Assembly (NCBI GenBank): GCA_963675495.1
Contig: OY776215.1
Location: forward strand, 2,144,001 to 2,208,000
Origin: an uncultured Methanolobus sp.
Lineage (GTDB): Archaea; Halobacteriota; Methanosarcinia; Methanosarcinales; Methanosarcinaceae
Direction of reading: 5' to 3'
DNA length: 64,000 nt
The stretch's first letter is position 1. Every line of letters begins with the position of its first letter. The notes below the pieces were generated by a model, which did not search any database, had not been told where the DNA came from, and saw only the letters and a program-made list of their open reading frames with translations. This document shows positions 8,944 to 19,712 of the stretch, in pieces. Made by a program: the position numbers and the translations under genes.

Positions 8944-11900
8944 ATGCAAAAGAAATTGAAATTTATTTTAATCGCATTTTCATTAATGCTTTTCTGCAGC
9001 ACTGTAGGCTCAGCCGAAAATGTTACTGCAGATTTTACATCAAATGTAACTTCAGGTGATGTTCCGTTGCCTGTGCAATTCACAGATAACTCTCTCAATG
9101 CGACTTCTTGGTCCTGGGATTTTAATAATGATGGTACTAATGATTCCTCAGAACAAAATCCAATTTACACTTACACTTCTGATGGTACCTATACCGTTGT
9201 TCTGTTTGCAGTAAATGGAACTGAAAGTGACGTGGAAACAAAAATGGACTATATAGTAGTTAATGCAGTAAGTTCTGATATCGAACCGGTTGCAGACTTC
9301 ACCGCAAACATAACTTCTGGTGACAATCCTCTTACTGTCTTGTTCACTGATAGCTCTACAAATGCTACGGAGTGGTACTGGGATTTTGATAATGATGGCA
9401 ATAATGATTCTACAGAGCAGAACCCAATTTACACTTACACTTCTGACGGTAACTATACTGTTGTCCTTACTGCAGTAAATGGAACTGCAAGCAACGTGAA
9501 AACAAGAGCTGATTACATAACAGTTAGTGCAGTGAGTTCTGGAGCTATTACTGTTGCTGATTTCACCGCAAACATAACTTCTGGTGACAATCCTCTTACT
9601 GTCTTGTTCACTGATAGCTCTACAAATGCTACAGAGTGGTACTGGGATTTTGATAATGATGGCAATAATGATTCTACAGAACAGAACCCAATTTACACTT
9701 ACACTTCTGACGGTACCTATACTGTTGTGCTCACTGCAGTAAATGGGACTGTAAGTGACGTGAAAACAAGAGCTGATTACATAACTGTCAGCACTCCCGT
9801 TTCAAATATTCCAGATGCCTCTTTCAATGCAAATGTGACAGAGGGGTCTGTTTCTCTTCCAGTGATGTTCAATGACACTTCAAGTAATTCCCCAACATCC
9901 TGGTCATGGGATTTTGGAGATGGTGGATCTTCCACTGACCAGCATCCTATACATACTTACACTTCTACAGGTGAGTTCAATGTTACTTTGACTGCTACCA
10001 ATGGTGATGGTTCGGACGAAGCCACTAAAACAATATCTGTGTACTCAACAACTTACTTCACTGGCGACAGAATATGGGATGAGAACGCTGACCAATCAGA
10101 TAACAAGTATATCTGGGATGCAAAGAGTTTCTCTGGATTCTTCTATGACCTGGAATCAGGGCTTAGTTCTGAGAATATGACAATTTTCAACATTGATCGT
10201 ACACTTGGTGACGGAGATATTCTTTATCAGACTGCACCAGTTGATACTGACTTTGAGCGTAATGATTGGGGCTCTTATCAGGTTATCGGTTTTATGGCAG
10301 AGAAATACTTTGCAGGATATACAGATGATACGGATATTGATGGCGTTGAAGAAGTAAGCATTATCTCATCAGGTCAGTTGTCAAAGATCCTTGTTGACAA
10401 TGACGAAAAAGAGTCTGCATATTCAGGTTCATCTATTATACTGGAGAATGGATATGAACTTAATATTGTTGAAGTTGATCAAGACGGTGACAAGGTATTC
10501 GTGACCCTTACAAAAGACGGCGATGAGCTAGACAGTTCTGTAATATCAAGTGGTGACGATTACACTTATGAGGTAGATCTTGGTGATGCCGATGACGTTA
10601 TAATACTCGCCGTTCACTTCGATGAGATATTCAGTGGTACGGAATCAAATGCTGTTTTTGTAGAAGGTATTTTCCAGATATCTGATGAGTACCTGGAACT
10701 TGAAGATGGAGAATCCTACGGCGATATGGAAATTACCAGGATCGATGATGATCTTATTGAAATGGAAAATGATGGTTCAGTTTCCCTTTCCAAAGGAAAG
10801 ACAGTAACTCTTATGGGTAAAATAAAGCTCCTGGTTGCTGACAACGATGATCTCAGGTTTGCTCCAGTCGTAGACATGTCAGAACCCGGCACATATGAAC
10901 TTCGTGGTACTGTTGCAGAAGGATCTGAACTTCTCACATGGACTCCACTGAACTTTGAAGGTTTCTACTATGATATTGATGAAGGTGTGCAGACAGAAAC
11001 CCTTGAATTAACAGCCATTTCAGGAAGGTCAATTTCATCAGGTAAACTTGTATACACAAGTACTCCTGCATCCGTTGAGTTTGAACACTCTGACTGGGGT
11101 AAGTTCAACGTGGTTGGTTTCCTGGCAGAGAAGTACTTTACAGGTTACACTTCTGCTACAGATATTGATGGTGTCAGTACATTAAATCTCATTTCTGATG
11201 GTCAGCTATCTAAGGTACTGATGGATGATGATTCCAAAGCTTCAATTTTCTCCGGATCAGAACTTGTTCTTGAAGAAGGTTACACTTTGGAGATTGTGGA
11301 AGTTGACGTGAACGGTGAAAGTGTCCTTATAGAATTGTACAAAGATGGAGATGAAGTTGATACTGATATTGTGTCTTCAGATGCTGACTATGTGTTCGAG
11401 AAAGACCTTGGGGATGCAGATGACGTACCTATAATCATAATACATTTCAATGAAGTTTTCAGAGGAAGCGAAAGCAATGCCGTGTTTGTCGAGGGTATGT
11501 TCCAGATATCTGAAGATTACATAACCCTAGAAAGTGGTGATCAGTATGGTAATATGGATATCGATAGCTTCGGTACTTCGATTGTGATGTCAAACGATAA
11601 TTCGATCTCCCTTAATAAGGACAATGAAATCGAACTGACGGACAATATTATGATAAAGGTGGCAGACTCTGATACACTCAGATACTATCCATTTGTCGAA
11701 GTAAAAACAGCAGCTTCCGAAACTCTGGATGTTGAACTGAGCCAGTCCACTGTCGTGGAAGGGGAAGAAATAACTATCACCGTAAATGCACGTGGCGCAT
11801 CAATTGGTGATGCCACCATTAAGGTAGAAGATACAACAATTGGAACAACTGCTGCTGATGGCACTCTGGCTTACACTCCTTCAGAAGCAGGCACTTTTGA

Positions 11901-12657
11901 GATAACAGCTGAAAAGGACGATTATGCCTCGGGTTCGGAAGATCTTGAAGTTATAGATAAGGATGATGAGACCAAAAAGATGAGTGTTGAGGTGTCTCCG
12001 GACGAAGTCTATGAAGGCACATCAATGACCATATTTGTTCTAAAGGCCATTGGAGGCGATGGAATCTCAGGTGCAGATGTTACATTTGATGGAAAGTCCA
12101 TTGGCACCACAGATGATGATGGTACTATAAGCTATACTGCAACTGAAGCTGGAACACACAAGATAATTGCGAGTAAATCCGGTCTTCTTGAGGCAGAACT
12201 TGATCTTAGGGTGGACGAACTTGCAGCTAAATTTGAATTCAGCAACCTTGTTATAACTCCACTTGAAATAAAGCAGGACAAGGAAGCTACGATAAGTGTC
12301 GATGTTGTCAATACGGGTACTGATGCAGGTGATTACACTGTGGATCTTAAGGTCAATGATGTGGTTGTTGATTCACAGTTTATCAGTCTCTCCGTTGGTA
12401 ATTCCACTACCCTTGAGTTCATTCATGTAGAAGAAGAGCCGGGAATCTACGAAGTAAAAGTTGGTGACCTTACAACTACTTATGAAGTGTTTGAAAAATC
12501 CGGTACCCTGTTCTACGTACTTGGAGCAATTGCACTGGCAGCAGTAGGAGGAATTGCTTACTTATTTACAGCAGGTGGATGGACTGTAGAAATAGCACAG
12601 GCAAAAGTAGCTGAAGCAATAGAATCAATAAAAGAGTTGATTGGAAATATCCGATAA
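8944..12657 (+). CDS. Cell-surface protein: signal peptide, 4 PKD domains, two S-layer duplication (DUF1608-type) domains, CARDB-like domain, C-terminal TM anchor
   Basis: WSWDF PKD motifs x4. Tandem FSGFFYDL/FEGFYYDI...YFAGY/YFTGY repeats typical of Methanosarcinales S-layer-like proteins. Confidence 0.88.
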   Translation: MQKKLKFILIAFSLMLFCSTVGSAENVTADFTSNVTSGDVPLPVQFTDNSLNATSWSWDFNNDGTNDSSEQNPIYTYTSDGTYTVVLFAVNGTESDVETKMDYIVVNAVSSDIEPVADFTANITSGDNPLTVLFTDSSTNATEWYWDFDNDGNNDSTEQNPIYTYTSDGNYTVVLTAVNGTASNVKTRADYITVSAVSSGAITVADFTANITSGDNPLTVLFTDSSTNATEWYWDFDNDGNNDSTEQNPIYTYTSDGTYTVVLTAVNGTVSDVKTRADYITVSTPVSNIPDASFNANVTEGSVSLPVMFNDTSSNSPTSWSWDFGDGGSSTDQHPIHTYTSTGEFNVTLTATNGDGSDEATKTISVYSTTYFTGDRIWDENADQSDNKYIWDAKSFSGFFYDLESGLSSENMTIFNIDRTLGDGDILYQTAPVDTDFERNDWGSYQVIGFMAEKYFAGYTDDTDIDGVEEVSIISSGQLSKILVDNDEKESAYSGSSIILENGYELNIVEVDQDGDKVFVTLTKDGDELDSSVISSGDDYTYEVDLGDADDVIILAVHFDEIFSGTESNAVFVEGIFQISDEYLELEDGESYGDMEITRIDDDLIEMENDGSVSLSKGKTVTLMGKIKLLVADNDDLRFAPVVDMSEPGTYELRGTVAEGSELLTWTPLNFEGFYYDIDEGVQTETLELTAISGRSISSGKLVYTSTPASVEFEHSDWGKFNVVGFLAEKYFTGYTSATDIDGVSTLNLISDGQLSKVLMDDDSKASIFSGSELVLEEGYTLEIVEVDVNGESVLIELYKDGDEVDTDIVSSDADYVFEKDLGDADDVPIIIIHFNEVFRGSESNAVFVEGMFQISEDYITLESGDQYGNMDIDSFGTSIVMSNDNSISLNKDNEIELTDNIMIKVADSDTLRYYPFVEVKTAASETLDVELSQSTVVEGEEITITVNARGASIGDATIKVEDTTIGTTAADGTLAYTPSEAGTFEITAEKDDYASGSEDLEVIDKDDETKKMSVEVSPDEVYEGTSMTIFVLKAIGGDGISGADVTFDGKSIGTTDDDGTISYTATEAGTHKIIASKSGLLEAELDLRVDELAAKFEFSNLVITPLEIKQDKEATISVDVVNTGTDAGDYTVDLKVNDVVVDSQFISLSVGNSTTLEFIHVEEEPGIYEVKVGDLTTTYEVFEKSGTLFYVLGAIALAAVGGIAYLFTAGGWTVEIAQAKVAEAIESIKELIGNIR
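9298..9784 (+). repeat. Near-identical 264-bp-period tandem duplication encoding PKD domains 2 and 3
   Basis: ttcaccgcaaacataacttctggtgacaatcct... begins at both 9298 and 9562 with few substitutions. Confidence 0.9.
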
Positions 12658-12675
12658 ACTCTTTTTTAATTATTT

Positions 12676-13197
12676 TTAATTTATTTTTTTTGCCCCAAGC
12701 TCTATAGCTTCCAGAAGACTGTTCTTTGGCATTATTGTGGCAACAGGTATTCTTAATATTTTTTCTACTGTAGGGCTTACTATTGGTGCACACACTAATG
12801 CCTTTGCTCCATCCCTTTCAGCTCTGACTGCAGCGATTATTGCCTCTTCCATAGAGGTTGCAGAATATTCTCTGATCGTACAAAGACTTCCACCAATTTT
12901 TCTTTTTGTTTCACTGATATTGTCAAGAACTGGTCTGGCAGCAATTACGGCAATGAATTCTCCTTTTTCCGAGCCTTCAAGCTTTTTTATCGTCTTTATT
13001 ATCTGTCTCAATGTTTTGACATTCGGTTCCCTTTTTCCAGACATTATTTTATAAAGGGTGCTTGCAGGAATTCCTGCCTTTTCGGCAAATTCTGCCATAT
13101 TCATATTCAGCTCTTCCTTTATGGTACTGGAAAGGATCTTCCTGAAGTCATCATCAGATTCAAAAACAGCATCTATTATTTTATCAGCAGCACTCAT
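12676..13197 (-). CDS. XRE/Cro-type HTH transcriptional regulator with a C-terminal ligand-binding-like domain
   Basis: MAEFAEKAGIPASTLYKIMSGKREPNVKTL HTH; divergent from the ABC operon. Confidence 0.85.
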   Translation of the reverse strand: MSAADKIIDAVFESDDDFRKILSSTIKEELNMNMAEFAEKAGIPASTLYKIMSGKREPNVKTLRQIIKTIKKLEGSEKGEFIAVIAARPVLDNISETKRKIGGSLCTIREYSATSMEEAIIAAVRAERDGAKALVCAPIVSPTVEKILRIPVATIMPKNSLLEAIELGAKKIN

Positions 13198-13349
13198 TTC
13201 GATATATCTCCCACATTAGTGGCCTATATAGGCAAATAATAATTTAATATTGACATTTTTAGGATATAATACTTGCGGAATGTGGAAATATATATAATAT
13301 ATTGACTCATGCCTTTTAATTATACTTTCCATTTACTCAAGGTGATAAT

Positions 13350-14372
13350 GTGAATTACAAACAGACAATCAAAGTAACTTCCACTTTATTTTTTGTTATT
13401 GCTCTGATAGCAGCAGTATTCATCTCAGGATGTGCTGAACAAACAACAGAGCAGGGCGAGCAAACAGAAACCATTACAGAGCTCACATTTGGTTATCAGC
13501 CAAGTACTCATCAGATAGCATATCTAACTGCAAGGGAAAAAGGCTGGTGGGTTGAGGATCTTGCACCTTATGGGATAGAGGAGGTAAATGACAACCTTTT
13601 CCCAACAGGCGCACCTGAAATGCAGTCAATGCTTGCAGGGGATATCGATGTCGCATATGTTGGTGCAGCACCTGTCATTTCAGCTCTCGCGAGTGGTCTG
13701 GATGCAAAGATCGTGGCTTCAGTCCAGATACAGGGCTCCGATATTGTGCTTCGCACTGAGCTTCCCTACGAGAGTCCGGAAGACCTGAAAGGACTTAAGA
13801 TCGCAACATTCCCACCGGGAACAATACAGGACACTTTGCTTAAGAACTGGCTAAAAGAGAATGGTGTTGACCCTGTGGAAGATGTTGAAATTCTTGGAAT
13901 GGGGCCGGGAGACGCAATGACCGCAATTTCTGCAGGTCAGGTTGATGCAGTTTTCCTTCCACATCCAGCACCTGCCATGATCGAAAGTGAAGGTACAGGC
14001 AGATCAGTTGTTACATCCGGTGCAATGCTTGAGGACCATGCATGCTGTGTTGTTGCTATAAGTGGCAAACTCATAAGGGAACACCCTGATATAGTTCAGC
14101 AGATCGTGGAAACCCATGTACGTGCAACAGATTATAATTCCGAGAACCTGGATGAGGCAGCACAGATATTTGCTGATGACCAGGATTGGGATGTTGAACT
14201 GGTAAAACAGTCGCTGAACGAATGGGATGGTTCCTGGATCGCTGATCCGAGCCTTATAATTAACTCTACAGTGGACTACGCTCAGGTTCAGTATGATCTG
14301 GGATATATTAGCAAACCTCTTACACAGGATGATATATTTGATCTGAGTTTCTATGAAGCTCTTGATCAATAA
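13350..14372 (+). CDS. NitT/TauT/SsuA-family ABC substrate-binding lipoprotein
   Basis: Lipobox ISGC, GYQPSTHQ, DLKGLKIAT; RBS GGTGA before GTG. Confidence 0.88.
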   Translation: MNYKQTIKVTSTLFFVIALIAAVFISGCAEQTTEQGEQTETITELTFGYQPSTHQIAYLTAREKGWWVEDLAPYGIEEVNDNLFPTGAPEMQSMLAGDIDVAYVGAAPVISALASGLDAKIVASVQIQGSDIVLRTELPYESPEDLKGLKIATFPPGTIQDTLLKNWLKENGVDPVEDVEILGMGPGDAMTAISAGQVDAVFLPHPAPAMIESEGTGRSVVTSGAMLEDHACCVVAISGKLIREHPDIVQQIVETHVRATDYNSENLDEAAQIFADDQDWDVELVKQSLNEWDGSWIADPSLIINSTVDYAQVQYDLGYISKPLTQDDIFDLSFYEALDQ

Positions 14373-14463
14373 TCCTTTTTTCTTTTTTGATAATAATTTA
14401 AATAATAAGTAGACATTTCTAGTGTCTATCCGGAGGTCTTTATCTCCAGTTACCGGAGGATTC

Positions 14464-15291
14464 ATGGTAAAAAAACATCTTCAAGTCCTGAGTGAAAAAA
14501 GAGTGGAAATAGCCTCTATATGTTCTGCAATTATTCTTTGGCAGCTTTTAGCTGTTTATATCGTTCAGAATAAGTTCTACCTGCCAAGTTTTACGGATGT
14601 GACTCTTGCGTTCATATCAATTATGGCAAAAGATGCTAAGTTAAGTATTATAGGTCTGGATCTTCAACTTCCGGTTTTGATAGTAGACCTTCTTTACAGT
14701 CTTCTTTATTTCTGTATAGGTATGTTTTCTGCACTTGCAATTGGCATTCCCATAGGAATGGTGATGGGCTGGTTCCGTACGATCGATCGTATAGTTGATC
14801 CTTTGATTGAACTCGTACGTCCTATACCACCACTTGCCTGGATTCCTTTTGCTATTATATGGATTGGACTTAACCCTCTGGCAGCAGGCTTTTTGATATT
14901 CATCGGAGCAGTATTTCCAATTATAATAAATACTTTTACAGGTTTTAAGAGCGTTTCCCGTGTTTATGTTGAAGCAGCAAAGGTGCTGGGCTGTAACACC
15001 AATCGTGAATTGATCAGATATGTTGCTCTTCCTTATGCACTTCCTTCAGTTGCTGCAGGTATTCGGATTGCCATGGGAGTTGGCTGGATGTGTCTCGTTG
15101 CTGCAGAAATGTTTGGTGTTAGCAGGAACGGACTTGGTTACAAGATATGGCATCATTACTATCTGCATAACATGGACTTTGTTCTTGTTTACATGTTAAT
15201 ACTCGGTTTCCTTGGATTGTTCATTGACAGATTGCTGCGTTACTATATCGATGGGAAGCTCCTCAAATGGCGCAAAGGGGTCGTGATATAA
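14464..15291 (+). CDS. NitT/TauT ABC permease
   Basis: RPIPPLAWIP, EAA motif, LVAAEM; RBS GGAGGA before ATG 14464. Confidence 0.9.
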   Translation: MVKKHLQVLSEKRVEIASICSAIILWQLLAVYIVQNKFYLPSFTDVTLAFISIMAKDAKLSIIGLDLQLPVLIVDLLYSLLYFCIGMFSALAIGIPIGMVMGWFRTIDRIVDPLIELVRPIPPLAWIPFAIIWIGLNPLAAGFLIFIGAVFPIIINTFTGFKSVSRVYVEAAKVLGCNTNRELIRYVALPYALPSVAAGIRIAMGVGWMCLVAAEMFGVSRNGLGYKIWHHYYLHNMDFVLVYMLILGFLGLFIDRLLRYYIDGKLLKWRKGVVI

Positions 15292-16049
15292 TGGGAAAAG
15301 TAAAAGTAAACAATGTTTTTCGCAGATTTACAAAAGATGAGGATACCTCTACACTAGCGCTGGAAAATGTCAATCTTGAGGTAGAAGATAAGGATTTTGT
15401 ATGTTTCATAGGTCCATCAGGTTGTGGAAAAACTACATTGCTTAGGATAATATCAGGACTTGATAAGCCGGATGAGGGCGAAGTATATCTGGATGACAAA
15501 AAAATCGAATCTCCTGGTCCTGACAGGGGCATGGTTTTCCAAGAGTATTCCCTTTTCCCTTGGAAAACAGTGGTCGATAATATTATATTTGGTCCTCAGA
15601 TGGGCGGGATCAAAAAGAAAGATGCACTTGAGGATGCTGAAAAATACTTGGAACTGGTTGGACTTCAGCAATTCAGGGACAGTTATCCCTATGAGCTGTC
15701 AGGCGGTATGAAGCAGAGAGTAGCTATTGCAAGAGCTCTTGCAAACGAACCGTCGGTTCTGCTTATGGACGAACCTTTCGGTGCATTGGATGCTCAGACA
15801 CGCAATATTCTTCAACAAGAACTATTGGATATATGGCAAAAAAAACATATTACTGTTCTTTTTGTCACGCATAGTGTTGATGAGGCAGTGTTCCTCGCTG
15901 ATAAAATAGTATTGATGAGTGCGCGCCCCGGTAAAATAAAAGAAATAATCAATGTAGACTTGCCAAGGCCTCGTGACAGAACAAGTCTTGAAGCGAATGT
16001 GCTTCGTGAAAGGATTTTGAAATCTCTCCTGAAGGAGCAAACTAAATAA
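15291..16049 (+). CDS. NitT/TauT ABC ATP-binding protein
   Basis: GPSGCGKT, LSGGMKQR, LLMDEPFGALD. Confidence 0.92.
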   Translation: MGKVKVNNVFRRFTKDEDTSTLALENVNLEVEDKDFVCFIGPSGCGKTTLLRIISGLDKPDEGEVYLDDKKIESPGPDRGMVFQEYSLFPWKTVVDNIIFGPQMGGIKKKDALEDAEKYLELVGLQQFRDSYPYELSGGMKQRVAIARALANEPSVLLMDEPFGALDAQTRNILQQELLDIWQKKHITVLFVTHSVDEAVFLADKIVLMSARPGKIKEIINVDLPRPRDRTSLEANVLRERILKSLLKEQTK

Positions 16050-16061
16050 TCATTTTTGCGT

Positions 16062-16493
16062 TCATTCGGAACGCACAATCACTTTTGTTCCTGATTCTAT
16101 TTCTTTTATGCTGACTCTTCCAACAAGTTCCATTGTGCTGTTTGCTTTTGCAAATTTGATATTGCAACCAGGGCGCACAAGCATCTCTTTTCCCGCAATT
16201 GCGGAACCGTTGATTTCTACAGAGTCTAAAATTCTAAGTTCACCTGAAGCTTCGACATTACCATTGATCTCTGATTTTGAACCTATGATGACCTCATCTG
16301 CTTTTATATTTCCTTTCACAAAAGTTCCTTTTCCAAGTTTCAGGATACCTTTCACATTTAGATCCTTCCAGAAATTAGAACCTGCCCCAACTATAAAGTT
16401 TCCGTCAATGTTGACGTCTCCTTCAAAAAAGGTTTTTTTGCTGGCAATGAAAGTATTAGAATCCTCATGATATTTGATTGCATTTTCACTCAT
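16062..16493 (-). CDS. Bactofilin-like (polymer-forming cytoskeletal) beta-helix protein
   Basis: Repeated G-N/D-V/I-x beta-solenoid pattern. Confidence 0.7.
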   Translation of the reverse strand: MSENAIKYHEDSNTFIASKKTFFEGDVNIDGNFIVGAGSNFWKDLNVKGILKLGKGTFVKGNIKADEVIIGSKSEINGNVEASGELRILDSVEINGSAIAGKEMLVRPGCNIKFAKANSTMELVGRVSIKEIESGTKVIVRSE

Positions 16494-16736
16494 CTTGGAT
16501 CACTCTGTCTACTTCAATAGTTTTTTCTGATTATAAATGCTACCCAAAATGTCAATATTCTATTTTAATTTTAAGTCTGAATTCAGTTTTGACTATTATT
16601 TTTTTAATAGGTTTTATATACAATAAAGCACCACATACTAGGTATTATATATTATACATTCAATACAATTGCATGTATCTGGTTACCATTAATGTAGATT
16701 TTCTACAATGTGTTTGTCAGGTTCATAGGTGTATAG

Positions 16737-18728
16737 ATGGCCACAAAAAAAGAAAGACTCGATTTTTCGGATGATGAGAGTGTTAACTCTCCAACTGTAG
16801 AAAATTCGGTACAAGAACTCGCCAATAAAATTCCTTTTAAAGATATTGAGCGTTCACAACCTTTTTTTGACCTTATGGATTCCTTTATACTTCTTATTGA
16901 TGAAAATAACCACATAATTCTGGCAAACAAAAAAGCACGAAAACTTATAGGTTTTGAGGATAAAGAAGTCACGAATATTAATTTTCCAGAGCTATGTATT
17001 CCAGAAGATGAAAAAGAAAATGTCCTTTCATTTTTCTCTTCTATTTTATCTGATGGTATAGTTGAATCTCAGGCTTTAGAAACATCAATAGTTGGTTTTG
17101 ATGGAAGTTCAAAGAGCTTCAGTATAAACACAAGTTTGTTGAAAGATACAATTTCTTCAGAAAAGGCACTTCTTTTATCCTGTGTGGCTATTTCAAAGGA
17201 AAAAGAGCCAGAATCACACCCACTCCCTGCTTCCGACTATATATTTACTCATCTGGATTCCATTCCTTATGCACTGGTACTTTCAGATTATAGGGGAATG
17301 ATCACTTTCTGGAACCGGAATGCAAGCATACTCTTTGGATATGAGGAGAGTGAGATACTCGGGAAACCGATAAGTCTCATAATGCCAAAACGATATCGTA
17401 AGGCACACGAAGGCTGGGATGAGCTTATTTCTATTGGTAAATCACCTGTGGTGGGTAAAATAATTGAAGTTACAGGTTTACGTAAAAACGGTACCGAATT
17501 CCCTATAGAATTAGCAATCACAACAACAAGGGTAAAAGGTGAGATTTTCCATGGCGCCATTCTCAATGATATCTCCAAAAGAAAAATGAAAGATAGATTG
17601 ATGACTATTTCCAAGAACAAATATCGTATGATGTTTGAAAAATCACCACTGGGTATTTTCCATTTTGATGAAAAAGGTGTAATAACCCAGTGTAATGAAA
17701 ATTTAGTGAAGATCATGGGTGTTCCTGAAGAAAGTGTTATTTCCACGATCATCGGTTTTAATATCGTAGAATCATTTAATGATGATAACTCCATCAAAAA
17801 AGCCATTAAGCAAGTACTAGCAGGGATTCCTGCAAGTTATGAAGATGATTTCTCTTCTCCTTTTTCTGAAAAGATAATTCCTATTAAAGCAGAATTCAGC
17901 CCCGTTATATCTGATGAGGGTAAGTTCATGGGTGGTGTATGTGCTGTTGAGGACTTTACTGAACGTAAAGTTGCAGAAAAAGCTCTTAATCAATATGCTG
18001 AGGACTTAGCACAGGCAAATGAGGAGTTAACATCCCTTGACCGGATGAAAGACGAATTCCTGTCCAATCTTAGACATGAACTAAAAACTCCACTTATCCC
18101 GATCAAAGGGTATAGTGAACTGATGTATGAGGGGTCACTGGGAGAACTGAACCAAAAGCAGAAAGATGCCATGGAAAAAGTAATGCTTAGTTCTGAAAGG
18201 CTAAAGAGGCTGATAGATTCCCTGCTTTATGTCAGTATCACCGAAGGTGGCAATGTCGAATACACTTTCCTCCCTCTGAGGATGTCTGAAGTAATAGATT
18301 CAGCGATACGTGACAGGTCTCCTGAGATTGCCAGTAAGAGGCATGAAATTGAAAGGTCCATTCCATCTGAACTACCGTTAATAGAGGGTGATCTGGAATA
18401 TCTTCAAGAAGTATTTGTGAATGTAATCGATAATTCAGTAAAGTTTACGCAGGAAGATGGGAAGATAGGGATATCTGTTGTTCTTGAGGAAGGTAAAAAG
18501 CTACACATAAAAGTTAGTGATGATGGCATAGGCATTTCTGAAGAAAATCTCCCACTGATATTTAATCGGTTCTATCAGGCTGACGGTTCATCGACCCGTA
18601 ATTATGGAGGCAATGGTCTTGGTCTCTATATATGCAAAAAGATAATTGTGGCTCATAATGGACAAATATGGGCTGAAAGCAGAGAGGGAGCAGGAACTGA
18701 TATTCACATACTTTTGCCTGTGAAATAA
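16737..18728 (+). CDS. Cytoplasmic multi-PAS sensor histidine kinase
   Basis: Three PAS-like domains, H-box RHELKTPL, N/G1/F/G2 boxes (DNSVKF, DDGIGI, GNGLGLYI); no TM segment. Confidence 0.92.
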   Translation: MATKKERLDFSDDESVNSPTVENSVQELANKIPFKDIERSQPFFDLMDSFILLIDENNHIILANKKARKLIGFEDKEVTNINFPELCIPEDEKENVLSFFSSILSDGIVESQALETSIVGFDGSSKSFSINTSLLKDTISSEKALLLSCVAISKEKEPESHPLPASDYIFTHLDSIPYALVLSDYRGMITFWNRNASILFGYEESEILGKPISLIMPKRYRKAHEGWDELISIGKSPVVGKIIEVTGLRKNGTEFPIELAITTTRVKGEIFHGAILNDISKRKMKDRLMTISKNKYRMMFEKSPLGIFHFDEKGVITQCNENLVKIMGVPEESVISTIIGFNIVESFNDDNSIKKAIKQVLAGIPASYEDDFSSPFSEKIIPIKAEFSPVISDEGKFMGGVCAVEDFTERKVAEKALNQYAEDLAQANEELTSLDRMKDEFLSNLRHELKTPLIPIKGYSELMYEGSLGELNQKQKDAMEKVMLSSERLKRLIDSLLYVSITEGGNVEYTFLPLRMSEVIDSAIRDRSPEIASKRHEIERSIPSELPLIEGDLEYLQEVFVNVIDNSVKFTQEDGKIGISVVLEEGKKLHIKVSDDGIGISEENLPLIFNRFYQADGSSTRNYGGNGLGLYICKKIIVAHNGQIWAESREGAGTDIHILLPVK

Positions 18729-18732
18729 TATT

Positions 18733-19431
18733 TTATTTAAAGAATTCCCAAAGAGTAATAAGCGACAGGGATGTCGTATTGATATCTCCCTCTTCTTTTC
18801 CCCATGAACCATTGTCGTTCATATGTGACAATATCCATTTGACAGGCACAACTGTCTCATCCTTATGCCCAGCAAGAAGAAGTGATTGGATCACAAGATT
18901 GCTTGTAGCAAGTGTTTTCCAGGCAGCCTCATTTTCCCTTTGTGAGATTATCCACCTTGCACGTTCGTCTATGAAATTACTGTAAGTGTTTTCACCTTCA
19001 AGTTTTGCCTGTTTTAAGAGGGCAGTGATTATGAGTGCGGTGGTTCCGGGATGTTCCCATTTAGGTCCATAGTTATCAACAAGCCACTGGCACCCTTCCT
19101 GATTATATGAGCTCATATCTGCAAGTGATATCAGTGCGTATACGGAGTCATATATATCATCATTCCACGATCTTTCGGATTGTTTTGAGAGCATCCATCT
19201 TTCAACTTCTGGAAAAATGGTGCCTGTAAGTGCAAGAACAGAAGCTGCACGTGCGGTATCCCGCAGGTCGAAGTCCCACGAGTCTCCGGTTTTTGAGCTT
19301 ACAAGTTTCTCCTTGTAGCCATTTTCCTCATTCCAGAGATGACTTGCCTGAACGATGCGCGCGAGATCTTTTACTCTTGATATCTTCTGTGAATACAGCC
19401 ATTTAAATGATGCTTCACTCTTAAAATCCAT
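18733..19431 (-). CDS. Prenyltransferase/squalene-cyclase repeat (alpha-alpha toroid) protein
   Basis: QW-like repeats WMLSKQ...SW, WIISQRE...W, WILSHMNDNGSWG. Start 19431 or 19491. Confidence 0.65.
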   Translation of the reverse strand: MDFKSEASFKWLYSQKISRVKDLARIVQASHLWNEENGYKEKLVSSKTGDSWDFDLRDTARAASVLALTGTIFPEVERWMLSKQSERSWNDDIYDSVYALISLADMSSYNQEGCQWLVDNYGPKWEHPGTTALIITALLKQAKLEGENTYSNFIDERARWIISQRENEAAWKTLATSNLVIQSLLLAGHKDETVVPVKWILSHMNDNGSWGKEEGDINTTSLSLITLWEFFK

Positions 19432-19674
19432 ACTGTTCTGATGGTCTGGACGTTTATTTATTTTTCTGCTTTCAATCCATTCTGTGCCCATGACGTTCTT
19501 CGTACTCTTTTAGTCCCTGATGCCATTTTTGTCGACTTCCTCATGGCTTCCAATTTTTGTATGTAAATGTCTGTTTTTTTGTGAGAGATATTAATTGAGG
19601 GGTGAAGAAAAGAAAATTCTTTCAGAACCCTGTTTGAAGAAGGAAATGATCTAGTAAAAAAGAAAACAAAAAAT

Positions 19675-19693
19675 GGAAGGGAAATTCCCTTCC
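19675..19693 (-). terminator. Hairpin terminator after mrp
   Basis: GGAAGGGAA-A-TTCCCTTCC inverted repeat, followed on the minus strand by T-tracts. Confidence 0.55.
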
Positions 19694-19712
19694 TGTGTAT
19701 AGGTCTTTTAAA

